A stretch of DNA of 64,000 nucleotides from Cenococcum geophilum (lineage: Eukaryota): contig CP158635.1 in NCBI GenBank assembly GCA_050273025.1, positions 24,056,001-24,120,000 of the forward strand, in the 5' to 3' direction. The notes under the pieces were generated by a model that searched no databases, was not told the origin of the DNA, and saw only the letters and a program-made list of their open reading frames with translations. The stretch's first letter is position 1. Every line of letters starts with the position of its first letter. Position numbers and translations under genes: made by a program. Positions 26,188 through 38,264 of this stretch are shown one piece after another.

Positions 26188-27415
26188 TCAGGAACGAGCT
26201 TTACGGCTCAAAGCCCCCAGAAAGTTCCCATTCACATTAAATGTCTTAACCGAATGATGATCGCCTCCCACGGCGAAAACGGGCGTGTGCTCATGTAACG
26301 TATCGCCTCCCTTACCACCATCGGCTTTGTTGCTGGCATGGGCATGTGCACCCGCATGCGTATTCAAGGCTTGAATCGATTCAACCGGCGCATCCATACG
26401 AATGTCCCAGAGCCGGATCTCGCCATTCCAGGAGCCAGAGACGAGTTCGCGCATGCCGCCGCGCTGCATATGGATGTTTGTGATCCATTGCTTGCGGTTG
26501 CGCCAGCATTTGACCATAGCGACGCTAGGTTTGAGACGTTGGTCGAAGAGGCGGATGGCGTCGTCGCCGAAGCTGGCAGCGAAGATGTTACCGGCGACTT
26601 GGTCGGAGGTTAGGGATGCGATGCAGGAGCCTGAGCGGGCTGGAATGTCCTGTTGATATCGTTGTTAGAATGAACTGGGTGGAATGGGTTGAGATGAAGG
26701 GAAGGAAAAACATACTGTTGTGCAGATTCCCGTGGCAGCGTTCCAGACCCGTATCACTTTCACGACACCACCGACTAGGGCTCGGCCTGCGTCTTGCCCC
26801 TAGTCTAGGACGAGACTAGCGTTCTTGTTACTGGGAATTAGGTCTGTCAATGCTCGGAATGCTGTAACGACTTCGATCTTCTACGGGACTTCATAACTGC
26901 GGTAGATCTTGATGACACCGTCTGAAGACCCGGCCAATCATCTTCGTTGATGTAGCGAATCTCATTGATTCTAGAGCCTAGAGGATTGGCGTTGGAAAAG
27001 CGGTTCAATCGAACCTGTCGTTACCAATCCCAAATGTTAGTTATTGTCAGCAATATTGAAGAACTCTTAAAGTGGATCAACGCACCATACGGTATCCCTG
27101 TCATCAGCAATTGCCAGATGATCCTCGAATTGATGGTAACACAGCTTAGCCGGTTGAATGCCCACATTAAGCAAGGCGATCCCAGTGTCCCATCGACTAC
27201 TTCCCGCCTTAGCTTTCAGTGGCTGGTTTTCTGATATGATCTTCTCGTTTCGCACACGGCGCCAGAGCCTCTTGTTGTAATCAGAACTACCAGGCTCCTC
27301 TGGTTCGTTTGGCTTTATTTATGGTTCCCTAAAATACATACCCAGTAGCCCATTCCAGGAAGCGACTCTGGGGAGACAAAGATGGCTATCTCGAGGTTTG
27401 AAGCTTTTCGATACA
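26188..27415 (-). pseudogene. KOG1: Raptor/KOG1 (TORC1 subunit) 3' fragment with C-terminal WD40 region, disrupted
   Basis: YFREP*IKPNEPEEPGSSDYNKRLWRRVRNEKII, CYHQFEDHLAIADDRDT, DIPARSGSCIASLTSDQVAGNIF, WITNIHMQRGGMRELVSGS.NGEIRLWDIR and HEHTPVFAVG are Raptor C-terminal motifs. Contains stops, frameshifts and deletions; an intron is retained at ~26657-26715. Confidence 0.88.
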
Positions 27416-27423
27416 GGCTTAGT

Positions 27424-30400
27424 CAGTGTAAGAGATGGATGGATCAAGATTGGATCAGGATCCATCAATCCACTGATCCACGCTTAATCCATTAGTGGCG
27501 TGGATATAGATCTAGATCCAATAGTTATCCATTTGTGGCGTTGTTAAGGCAACGCCGTAATGCATTAATTACTATACTAACCATTAGATGGCGTAAAAGG
27601 GGTAAGCTAATAAGATAGCAGTAAAAATAATAAAGTCTCTTACCTCTTATTCTTATTATTACTATTAACTATGCCTCTAAAGCTAAAAAAGAAGAAGGCT
27701 ATTACTAAACCACCTTTACCACCTCTACCACCACTACCTCCCTTAAACGTACCTCTATACCTCCAGCCATAAGATAGCCCTACCTGGCAGCCTTACCGCC
27801 GTACCGCCTGGTCTCCTAACTTATTAAACATAGTAGTAAGGCTAGAAGATTAAGTCTCTAATATAACCAAGCCCAATTAATCTACTATAATTTAAATAAC
27901 GCTAATGCCTAATCCCAATATACCTAAGATTTTAACTCTTATAACAGCTCCAACGTCTAATATATTTAGCGCTAATTAGTCTACTAAAGCGCGCGCTAGT
28001 AAGGCTCCTCCTAAAGATAAAAGTTAGTTTAATTAGTCCTAGGTTAACTAAAATAGATTACCTAACTATATTATCCTAATCTCTAAAGGTAATAGTAAGC
28101 TTTCCTCCCTAATTTAGCGGCTAGGCGTATTAATAGAGAACTATAAAACTAGCGACCGGTAGTAGCTCTATAAAGAGTGTTATTATAAATATAGCATTAA
28201 GGCCTACTCCTAAAACACCTATAAAGGAAGCTCTAATATTATAAAGCATATTTAAGTAGTCTATAGTTATATATTTAATAAGAAGGGTAAGGAGGTACCG
28301 TACGCGTTAAAGTTAATCTCTATACTTAAAGGTCTTAATATAAATAATTCCTAGAAGCAGTAGGTTCTTAATAAGTTAGCGCGTACGTTTAATAAGAAGA
28401 TGTTTAGGCAACTCCTTCTTTAATAGATTATCTATAATAACGTATCTTTTAGGCAAGTTAATAGGCCGGTCTTTTACAAGTTTATTAAATATCTATCGCC
28501 TTAAGCAGTAGAATATATGCCTAGTAGATAGTTAGTCAGATCTTAAATTATTAAGGGCTATACTTACTATAAGGCGGTAGTAAAGAGAGAGCTATAATAC
28601 GCAGTTAGTAAGATCTATCTATCTTTTAACCTATAGATATTAGGTAACCTTCTTTCGCTTAATAGTATTATTACCCACTTTCTTAACAAAGATTTTAAGC
28701 CTTAAGCAACTCTTCTTACTATTCTAGAGCAGACTAGTTTGTATACTAGCGTTAATATTATAGAAGGCGTAATTGCCGTAATTAAAGACTTTAGTATTAA
28801 GAATAAGCAGATTAGGTATTTTATACTAGATAACGCGGCTAATAATAATATAGCAATAACGGCTATTATAAAGAAGTTTAACTTTAATCTAATTAAGCGC
28901 CGGCTACATTATTTAGGCTATATTATCAACATTATTGCCTACTACCTCTTATACGGCTATAACCTAGATTTATTTAAAGTGGAGGATATAGTACCTAAGG
29001 ATATAAAAGCGCAGTTATAGATATAGAGGAAGCGGGGACTAGTTAGTAAAGCTTATAACTTAATTATATAGGTGTATATAAGCCCTTAGAGAAGACATTA
29101 GTAGTATAAAAGTAAGTAGTTCTAAAAGTATAAATTAATTAATAGTGCTAATAAATTATTAGGCTAAAAGATATATCTCTAAAGCATCCTCCTAGAGGAC
29201 TAATAGGATATAATAATAACCTAAGACCTCTCCCAATCTAACATTACCCGCTAGAATAGTACTTATAAGGAATTCTGTATACTAAATTAGCTTTGCGCAC
29301 TATTTAAAGACTTTATATAGTTAGAGCAGCAACGCGCAAGACAACTAAAAAAAAGGCTAGAATCTACTTAGCCAGAAGACTAGGACAACGCTTAGAATAT
29401 AATCTTTAAAGATGCACTTACTATAGACAATTAGGAGGTTCTAATATAGTATAAAAATTTACTTAAACTATACTAGGTTATAACTATAAACCTATAAAGC
29501 TAACTAGGCGATAGCAAGTTATATAGGCTAGTTAATATTTAGTAGGATATTAAATGCATTATTAAAGAACTTACCTCCGCGTATAAACGCTTTAAATCCA
29601 CACCGCCCTTATTAATTAAAGGAGAATAGTATTTCGCTATATAAATCAAGTTCGCACTTAATAAGGCTTAACAGTACTATACAAAAATTAATAAGTTAGC
29701 AGCCTATATCGCCGCAGTCGTCCTCTATCCTAAATATAATTAGCAGTATATAGAAGCTTAGTAGGAGCATAAAAAGACTTAAATTATATCTACCCGTAAA
29801 TTAGTTAAACGTCTATAGCTTACAGACTATAAGCAATAGCCTATCTTAGAAGCTCTATCCTTAGAGAAGAAGAAGCCTAGGTATAAGCTTAATATTATAG
29901 AGGCCTATAGGATAAAAGGTCTTTAGAAGAGCAGCTATTAATGTCGTTCTACTACCATATAAGATAAATATAATTGCTATTATACGCAGAATTAAGTTAA
30001 AGATTATAAGACTCTAATTAAGTGGTAGAGAACTATCGGCTGTAAATAGTACCCGCACCTTACTTAAATAGCTATTAATCTCCTATTAATTCCAGCTATA
30101 AGCAATAAGCCAGAATATATCTTTAGCCGTCTTAGCTAAATAATTATAAAACGCTGTAACTATCTTAAGCAGAGTATAATCTAGGTAACTTTATATCTTT
30201 ACTCCTAGGATAAGAATAAGATTATTAATTTAAGACTTAATATAACTCTACTTAAGCCTATAAAGTTAACTTCTCTAGAGTTAATTAGGTCTAAGAGGCG
30301 GAGGTTATTATTTTAAGTAATCCTCACAAGCGCCGCTAAGGCGCTAATAGTAAGTAAGCTAATAGCGATTTTCTATACCGGGCATAAAAAATCCTAATTA

Positions 30401-31008
30401 GTTAGTAGAAGCTAGGGTCCGTAGGTTATAGTAGAACTTAGTAGATAGTTACGGTAGAACTTAGTAAACAGTTATAGTAGAACTTAGTGGATAGTTGCAG
30501 TAGAACTTAGTGGATAGTTACGGTGGAACTTAGTAAACAGTTGCGGTGGAAATCGGTAAACAGTTACGGTGGAACTTAGTAGACAGTTGCGGTGGAAATT
30601 AGTAGATAGTTGCGGTGGAACTTAGTAGACAGTTGCGGTAGAAATTAGTGAACAGTTGCGGTAGAACTCGGCGGACAGTTACGGTAGAACTTAGTAGACA
30701 GTTATAGTGGAACTCGGTAGATAGTAGAACTCAGTAAATAATTACAGTGGAACTTGGTGGATAGCTGCGGTAGAGCTTAGTAAATAGCTATAGTTATATA
30801 ACTTAAAGATTATAATAAAAACCATACTATGCCGTTATGTAACATAAGTGGCGAAAATCGCCAGAATTAGCTTAATATACGGCAAAATTAAAGCCTAGGC
30901 CCTAGGCAACCTATTAAGAATGGATAAAGTTTGGATCTTGATCTAGATCTAATAGATTTAATGGATTTGGATTTGGATCTAGATCCAATCCATCTATCTC
31001 TTACACTG
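27424..31008 (+). mobile_element. Complete RIP-degraded hAT DNA transposon (~3.6 kb)
   Basis: TIR CAGTGTAAGAGATGGATGGAT at 27424, with its reverse complement (one G>A) ending at 31008. 8-bp TSD GGCTTAGT at 27416-27423 and 31009-31016. Transposase relic ~27671-30240 with YFILDNAANN, RLHYLGYIIN and dimerisation motif YPHL..IAINLLLIPAISNKPEYIFS. Confidence 0.95.
30425..30790 (+). repeat. 23-bp tandem minisatellite (~16 units) in the hAT 3' subterminal region
   Basis: Head-to-tail units like GTTGCGGTGGAACTTAGTAGACA, with variation mostly C>T/G>A. Confidence 0.92.
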
Positions 31009-31016
31009 GGCTTAGT

Positions 31017-31130
31017 GATAGACTGAACCTGACCTTGCGCTTCCGGTGGTTTTGTCCATTCTGATGGTACACGGCCCCGAGGGGTCGGTGAGGCACTTGC
31101 TTCTGGTTGGCTTTCGCGTTTTTCGTGGGT
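31017..31130 (-). pseudogene. KOG1: Upstream continuation of the Raptor/KOG1 fragment, beyond the hAT insertion
   Basis: SASPTPRGRVPSEWTKPPEAQGQVQSITK joins in frame across the TSD to PVSKSFKPRDS on the other side of the hAT. Confidence 0.75.
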
Positions 31131-31199
31131 GAAGTCAACCTGGTGGCGTGCGCCCACCAAAAATAAATCGATTTCCACGAATTTAGGGCTTACCACCTA

Positions 31200-32095
31200 G
31201 AATAAGCTACTATGCCTATATTACGTTCTAGCAAATTGTCGCAGGGCTTAGATAAGCATAAACCTCAATATACAAGCGTTTAAATAAGGGCAAAACGTCA
31301 GTATAGAAGGTGGTAAAGCCTTTGGCCGATTAGGTTCTGTGAGGCACATTGCCTAGGTATACGATAGGGAGCAGGCAAGCCGAGCAAGGGTCACAGGAGA
31401 GTCGATAAAAGAGGACGATATGGTAAAGAGTAGGTATGGCAATACCCTCGTATAGGAGACGAATTGATAAGGAGAGTAAGAGGGCTGCAAGCCTAAGGTG
31501 CTTATAAGAGTAATAGTGCGGGTATAATGTTACGAGTGGGATAATAAAGGGGTTGCCTTAGGTATAATAAGTAACTAAGAAAACTAAATTAATTAAGGGG
31601 GTACTATACCTCTAATTAACGACTTAGAGATATAGGATATCTTTAAGGATGAAGATAAAGGGGAGGAGTATAATATTACGGACCTTATAACAGAAGTATT
31701 ACGGATACTTCTTAGTAAATTAGGCGGGCTATGGGATATAGTATAGGCTATAATAGAACTAGTAGAACTATAGGACGGGGGCTAGGTAAGTTATATAAGT
31801 AGTTATAAGTTATATACTAAACGTAGCGAACGTACTAAGCGTATTTATATACCTTACGTGCCTTATGTACCTTACGTATAAAGGGGATTTCTTAGGTTAG
31901 GATATATATTTAAAGGACTATAGTCCCTACCTAGTAAATCTTAAAATATAATTAGAGTTTATCTATTAGGTACTTACTCTATAGTTAAGCTTGTTATTAT
32001 TTCTACCTATATACCTAGCCTATTAACAAGTCTACCGTAGTATCTACTATAAGGCTTCATTATAAAGAATAGGAATCCCCTATTAAATAATTAAG
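31200..32095. mobile_element. Unclassified RIP-degraded repeat hosting LINE C; resumes at 37692-~37903
   Basis: AT/TpA-rich block on both sides of the LINE C TSD. The right part ends ...CACTACA (TG start on the minus strand, weakly LTR-like). Confidence 0.4.
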
Positions 32096-32109
32096 TAAAT
32101 AAGCTAGTA

Positions 32110-35100
32110 GAAAACTTATATATTATACTTATAAAAGGAGCTCTTGCTGCACCCGGCCTAAAAAGACTAAAACCAACCAAAAAGAACCCTGAAAAACACT
32201 TAGAGAATCCCCCTAAGATGCATGCATCGCAGGGGAGGCACACGTTAACCGACGGTGGCTCGTACTTACGCGCAACCGCTAGATCCACGCCTAACAACGG
32301 CCCTCTATAACAAAAACGGGCGAATACTACACTATAAAGCGGAAATACCTCTATTAAGAAGGCATCTAATAAAATATAAAGCCTATTAGACGCGTTTAGT
32401 ATCTAAAATTATAGGGGAGTAACTATTAGCTATAACAAACTAATATAGCTAGTAGAATAGCTCCGCTAGTTTAGTAAACCTTAGGCGCCCCTCTAGCAAA
32501 CCCTTAATTAAATCCTCTAACGGCTAAGCAAAATTAAAAATAAATAAAATCCCCCCTTACCGGCGAACTATACCTAGGCTGCCGTAGCTATACTTCTATA
32601 GCATAGGGAACCTACCCCCCTTAAGACAATAACTAGGTATATAATTATAATACGACTAAATATAGAAAAAGTAGAGGGGCTTAGGGGATAATTAGAAATA
32701 GAAGTCCTTACGGAGATTTATAAAGAGGTTTATAATATAGTTATAGTCCAACACCTTAAGAGTGGAGATATTAGAGTTACCCTAAAGGACTGATAGGTAA
32801 AGGAACGAGCCGTAAGGGTAGGGGACAGGCTAGGAGAACGTATTAGCATAAAAGTGCTCTATAAAGACTACCTAGTTAAAGTCCTAGCGGTTCCTATAAG
32901 CCTTAGGGTAGAAAAGGGACGCTAGGCGGACAACATAGCAACTATATAAGAGATAGTAAAATATATAAAACACCTTATACTAGGCTTTGAGATTACCCAA
33001 ATCTAATAGCTTTAATAGGAAAATGCAAACTAAGTAAATAATAAGAACAATAAGAGGATATAAGGGTCGCTAGAGACTTGCTAGGGAGACACTAGTCGAA
33101 CGTATAGCTCCCTTATTATTAGCATACATATACTAAGAATGTAAAAACTCCTTATCTAAAAAGGAATAATTATAAATGGCCTTATATATAATGTAAGGCT
33201 TTATAACTATAGACTATACCTAAAACAATACTACCGCTGCGTATAATAGGGATATACCCAATCTATATGCGCAGTATAGGTGTGCTATAGCTACTGTGTA
33301 GGCCCCTATAATATAAGACACTACTTAAATTAAGACTAAATAAAATGCGTAAACTGCTACTAAAGCATATATAAGGCGTAGGAGAGAGAAGACTGCATTA
33401 AATATAGGAGGCGGAAGGTAAGGGCTTAATAGCTACGGGAATAACTATACACTAGGTTATATAAATAGAAATAATAGGTAATAAGCTAGGGGGACGTAGG
33501 TGCCTTCCCAGCGTTTCCTACCTTTAGTATTAGGGGGCTAGGCTAGCCATCCCAAGCCTTAACGGGCTAGAAGCGGCGCCGCGCGATATTACTAGACTAT
33601 ATAGGGATATAAGGGTTACAGGGGATATAAGGGAGAGGACGCCTAGTAGAAAGACCCCTATAGACAGCTATAGTAAGCTTAAGACCAGGATAATTAAGAA
33701 TTAGATTTAATGTGGTAAATATAACATTTATAGCCAACCTATAAAGGGTGTATAGCTAGCTAGTAAGAATAGGGGAGAAACTGGAGATAATAATAGATTT
33801 AGATATAGAAGCGCTAATAGGAATATAAGATATGGGAATAGAAAGCTCTATATAAAATAAGTAGTAACTAGGGTATAAACATAAGAGATAGAAGTTCTAA
33901 ATATTTTAGAGAAAGTAGAAATAGAAGAAGTAAGGAATAAAGAAGAGGCAAAGGACCCTCGCCGGGGGTCTGCTACCTATCTATTATATAGTATAACTAT
34001 AGTAATACAAACCACCATCTTGTAAGGCCTTTACTAAATAGTTTAGACCTAGAGAAATACTATATCCTTACTATACAAGAGCTGTACTATAATACCTATA
34101 TATAATTAATATACTACCCCTAAGGATTCTAGCTCCTATACGAACTAAAAGCAGCTATACGCGTATGCTTTATAATTAGCAAGGCTATTAGCCTATCCTT
34201 ATAGTTATAGTAGGCAGTTAACCCAGATATTATAGTTATAATAATCTAGATATATAGGGGACTAGTATAAATTATTAATGTGTATAACCTTAAGGTTAAA
34301 GGGGTCCTATAAATAGAGAATATTATATTGGTAATAAGCTTGCTAGAAACTAAAGGTATAAAGTCTATCCTATTAGGAGACATAAACCTCCACTACCTAT
34401 AGTGGGGGGGTATTTATATTACTGCTAATTAATAGGTAGAGTGCCTACTAAGAGCTATAAACACCTAGGGCCTTAAGTTGGCTACCCCCCTAGGAGCAAC
34501 TATATGGTAACGAGGAACCTCTAGAAGTATAATTGACCTTATATTTATAGACGAAGGCCTATACCAGAGACTTAAAAGGTGCAACCCTAAAGAAGAATAG
34601 GTACTTACCTTAGACTATATCCCCATCTAAATACAGCTAGATTTAGATATTAAGGCGTAACTAAGTAGTAAAAGATACGTAATAAGGAAGCTTAAGATAG
34701 ACAGTTTCCTTAATATAGTTAAATAATAACTTTAAGACCTAAAAGAAATCTACCTAATTCTAAACAAGTGAGGCTTATTAGCTACCCCTAAGGAAATCAA
34801 CTAAAGACTAGAAAGGATCTAGGCAGCGATTAAAAATAGGCTAGAAGAGTACTGCCCGGTCTTAAAACCGGGCCCCTATACGCGACACGTATAGTCCGTA
34901 TAATGCGCGGTTCTTATTACTAGCTAATAATAAGTAAAAAGGAAATATATAAGTAGCTATAACCCTAAAGATAAGAGATAATATAAAGATATAAGAAACT
35001 AGTTAAAGAATACCCTAAAGAAAGAAGTAAGGAATAACTAGAGACGGTTTATAAACAAGTATACTTTTAACCTAAGCCTCCCCTATAATAAGGGCCTTTG

Positions 35101-37677
35101 GGCTATAGTAAAATAGGTAAAAAAAAAGGTAGGGCGCCTAGTAAAAGACCTATACTTACTACCCCTATAAAGAGTAGGGGAATTATAGGCTACTAATAAC
35201 AATAATAAGAAGGCAAAGATCCTTATAAAGAGGTTCTTCCCCTAACCGGCTCTAGCAGACCTTAGTAACATTACAGATAAAATACCGGTAACTCGCCTAA
35301 GGGTCAACAGCAATATAATAATAGAGGAAATGGCCAGAACTATTAGCCGCCTTTTAAATAATATAGTACTAGGACTAGATAGGATTTTAAATAAGGCCTT
35401 AAAAACCTATGGACCACTTATAGCACCCTAGCTTACAGATATAGCTAGGGCATACTTTACTATAGGCTACTACCCACGACTTGGAAGATCTATAACGATG
35501 GTTATTTTACGGAAAGAAGGTAAAGTAGATTACTTAATCCCAGGAAGCTACCGCCCTATTGCCTTAGAAAACACCCTTAGTAAGATCTTAGAAAAGGTAA
35601 TAGCGGACTATATAGCAGATATAGCTAAGGAATATAACCTACTACTATAAAGCTAAATAGGGGCAAGAAAGAACCGCTCAACACTATTAGCACTTACACT
35701 ACTTACTGCCACCATTAAATCTGTATAGGCGATGCGAAGAGACTTTATAATATTAATGCTTAACCTAAATATTAGCAGCGCCTATAATAACGTACCCCAC
35801 GAGCGTCTCCTATATATCCTTAGGGCAAAAGGCTTCCTAGAATAGATTATACAATTTGTTTAAGGGTTTATAGGTTAGAAAGAAATATTACTAGTCTTTA
35901 GCGGATACTAGAGCCCCCCTATTATAGTTATAACAGGAATACTATAAGGATTACCCCTCTCGCCTATACTCTTCCTTTTCTTTATAAGCAACCTGCTTAA
36001 CTCCTTTAAAAAAGGGGTAACCTAGGGGATAGGCTTTATTAACAACACAAACCTAATTATATACGGGCTAATAGCCGCAGAGAATTGCAGAACACTGGAG
36101 AAAGCTTATAATACCTATATAGAATAGGTAAGATAATATAGAGTCTAATTCTTACTAGAGAAATACTAGCTAATCTACTTTATAAGAAAACGTAACTAAT
36201 CTATAGATCTCTAGCACATAATTTACATCTAAGGCTTTAGGGGTTAACTAGTTTAGGGCCTAAGGGTATTAGGAGTATAGGTAGATAGTAAGCTCTGGTA
36301 GAGCGTATATATAGTATAAGCGGCCTATAAGGGCCAAGCATAGTATATCGCATTATCTAGGATCGTTAATTCCATATAGGGTCTATACTTTTAGAGGTTA
36401 CGCCTACTATATATAGCAGTTATCCGGCTAACTATAACGTATAGGTCTAGTATTTAGGCCATTAAAGAATTTAAGAAAGGCCCCCCTAAATTGCTCCTTA
36501 AACCACTCTAAAAGGTCTAAATAGCCTACCTCTAGAGTATAACAGGCGGATATAAGCGAACGGCCACAGCACTGCTTAAAAAGGAAGCTAATATTCCCCC
36601 CCTATAACTATATATTAAAGCCGCTATAATATAAAGGGCGTAAAATAAACGCAACTCTAATATTATAAAGTATATTAAGACACGCCTAAATAAACTATAG
36701 AGGGACCTTAGGGCGCCCTATAGGAGAATAAACTAATAACCCTAAAGTAGGGAAGATATATTAGAGAAATAGGTAAAGAAAGTAGAAGAAAAATAGTGCT
36801 GCTTTAGGGCCCAGGCCTATATAGAGGAGGAAGGGAGACGCGTAAGAGGCTAGTAAAGATAACAGTAAGAGAGAGAAAGGAGCTAAAGTAGAGTATAAAA
36901 GAATGCTAGGAAACTATCTACCGTAATATAATACTGGCTAGACTAACGCTAGAGAGGTATATAGGAGTTAAAGGTATAGAGGTTAACTAAGGTAAGAGGA
37001 ACCTAAGCCGTAGTATAGTTAACACTATAGGGGGTAAACACTCTAGGGCTTTAAGAAGGCCTAATAAAGGTAGAAAATATAATAGCAATACTTTTAAGAA
37101 TAGGAATAATAGGACTAAAAGACTGGCTCTACTGGGTAGGTGTTCTAGTAGGTAGCCTAAGATATAAATATGGCTAGCTAAAATAGACACTAAAACACGT
37201 AATACTATTATGCCCCTTACGCACTAACTAAGAAGTAATACTCTTAGTAGCTAGCATAAAGAACTATAATACACTACTTTTAATATAAAAAGGCCTTAAG
37301 GCGGTTACCTAGTAGCTTATTAGCTAAAATATACTAAACCAGTTTTAGGTTATAAGGGAAATAGTAATAGAGGGCGGGGGGGGTAAGTAACGGGCGCCCC
37401 CTAATAACTCTACAGTAGTAGAGTAAAGTTTGCGATACTAGCGCGTCCGTAGGCTTGTTACGGCAGTAGTGGTTCCCAAGGAGGTTAAAAAGTAAGGTAG
37501 TAGAGCACTATAGGTGACTCGCAGGCGCCTCGCAGGCGCTTTGTAGGCGAGTCCCAAAAGGCGGGGAGATGGATTACGGGGTTTTCTTAAATAGAGTTTT
37601 CTCCCCACATGTATATAAGGAGTAGTCCGCGTGGGCCTAATAGGGATCCGAATCGGACGTTAAGCAATGAATAATAA
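32110..37677 (+). mobile_element. Full-length RIP-degraded Tad-clade LINE ('LINE C', ~5.6 kb): ORF1 gag, ORF2 APE-RT, no RNase H seen
   Basis: TSD TAAATAAGCTAGTA at 32096-32109 and 37678-37691. ORF1 with degraded Cys knuckles ~33230-33370. APE motif LLGDINLHYL*WGG ~34370-34408. RT motifs GSYRPIALENTLSKILEK, LNISSAYNNVPH, GLPLSPILFLF and GFINNTN. (AAT)n tail. Confidence 0.93.
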
Positions 37678-38264
37678 TAAATAAGCTAGTATATACATAC
37701 TAGAATCTATAAACGCGAGAGGGAATTAGAGACGAAAGGAATATCTAGTTTAGTAATAAGGAGAATAAGGATAAGGAAATAGGTAAAGATCTAGTAGAAG
37801 CTCTTTTAAACCGGATATATATAAATTTAGCGACGATAAAGCTGATAATTAAGAGGACGTTAAGGATTATAATATATAATATATTATATAAGCTTACACT
37901 ACACAGTATACACGTGTAATATAATTTCGACTTACTGTATTTGCACCCCTACGCTTACCCCACTCTCTTGGACACTAACCCTAGTAACTCCTATATGGCC
38001 CGTGCATGCCAAGGACCCACGCCCACGTAGAAGTAAGCAATGACCGGATGGGATTCTATGATGATTTTGTTGAAGATGAATTTCATATTACTTCATCCCC
38101 GTATACGTAGCTAAAGACTTATGCGGTTTAAAATCTTGCAGGAAGCTGGGGGAAGGAGAGGTTTCAGACCTTCGCATTAATTAGGTTGCTTTCATTCTAA
38201 AACAATACTGCATTTTATTCCGTTAAATGCAGCCGCCTACCCTAACCCCCCCTCACAATCCAGA

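Noticed and set aside
28739..29020. Stand-alone small proteins in AT-rich blocks (also 36987-37190, 50801-51094, 54256-54507, 63595-63792)
   Set aside because: Ile/Leu/Tyr/Asn-rich frames within RIP-mutated transposon sequence, not genes.
30425..30790. CRISPR array
   Set aside because: Units are contiguous with no unique spacers, there are no cas genes, the context is eukaryotic, and the array lies inside a hAT element.
37692..37903. Definite LTR retrotransposon
   Set aside because: Only a TG/CA-like edge; no partner LTR, PBS or readable pol motifs, so it is left unclassified.
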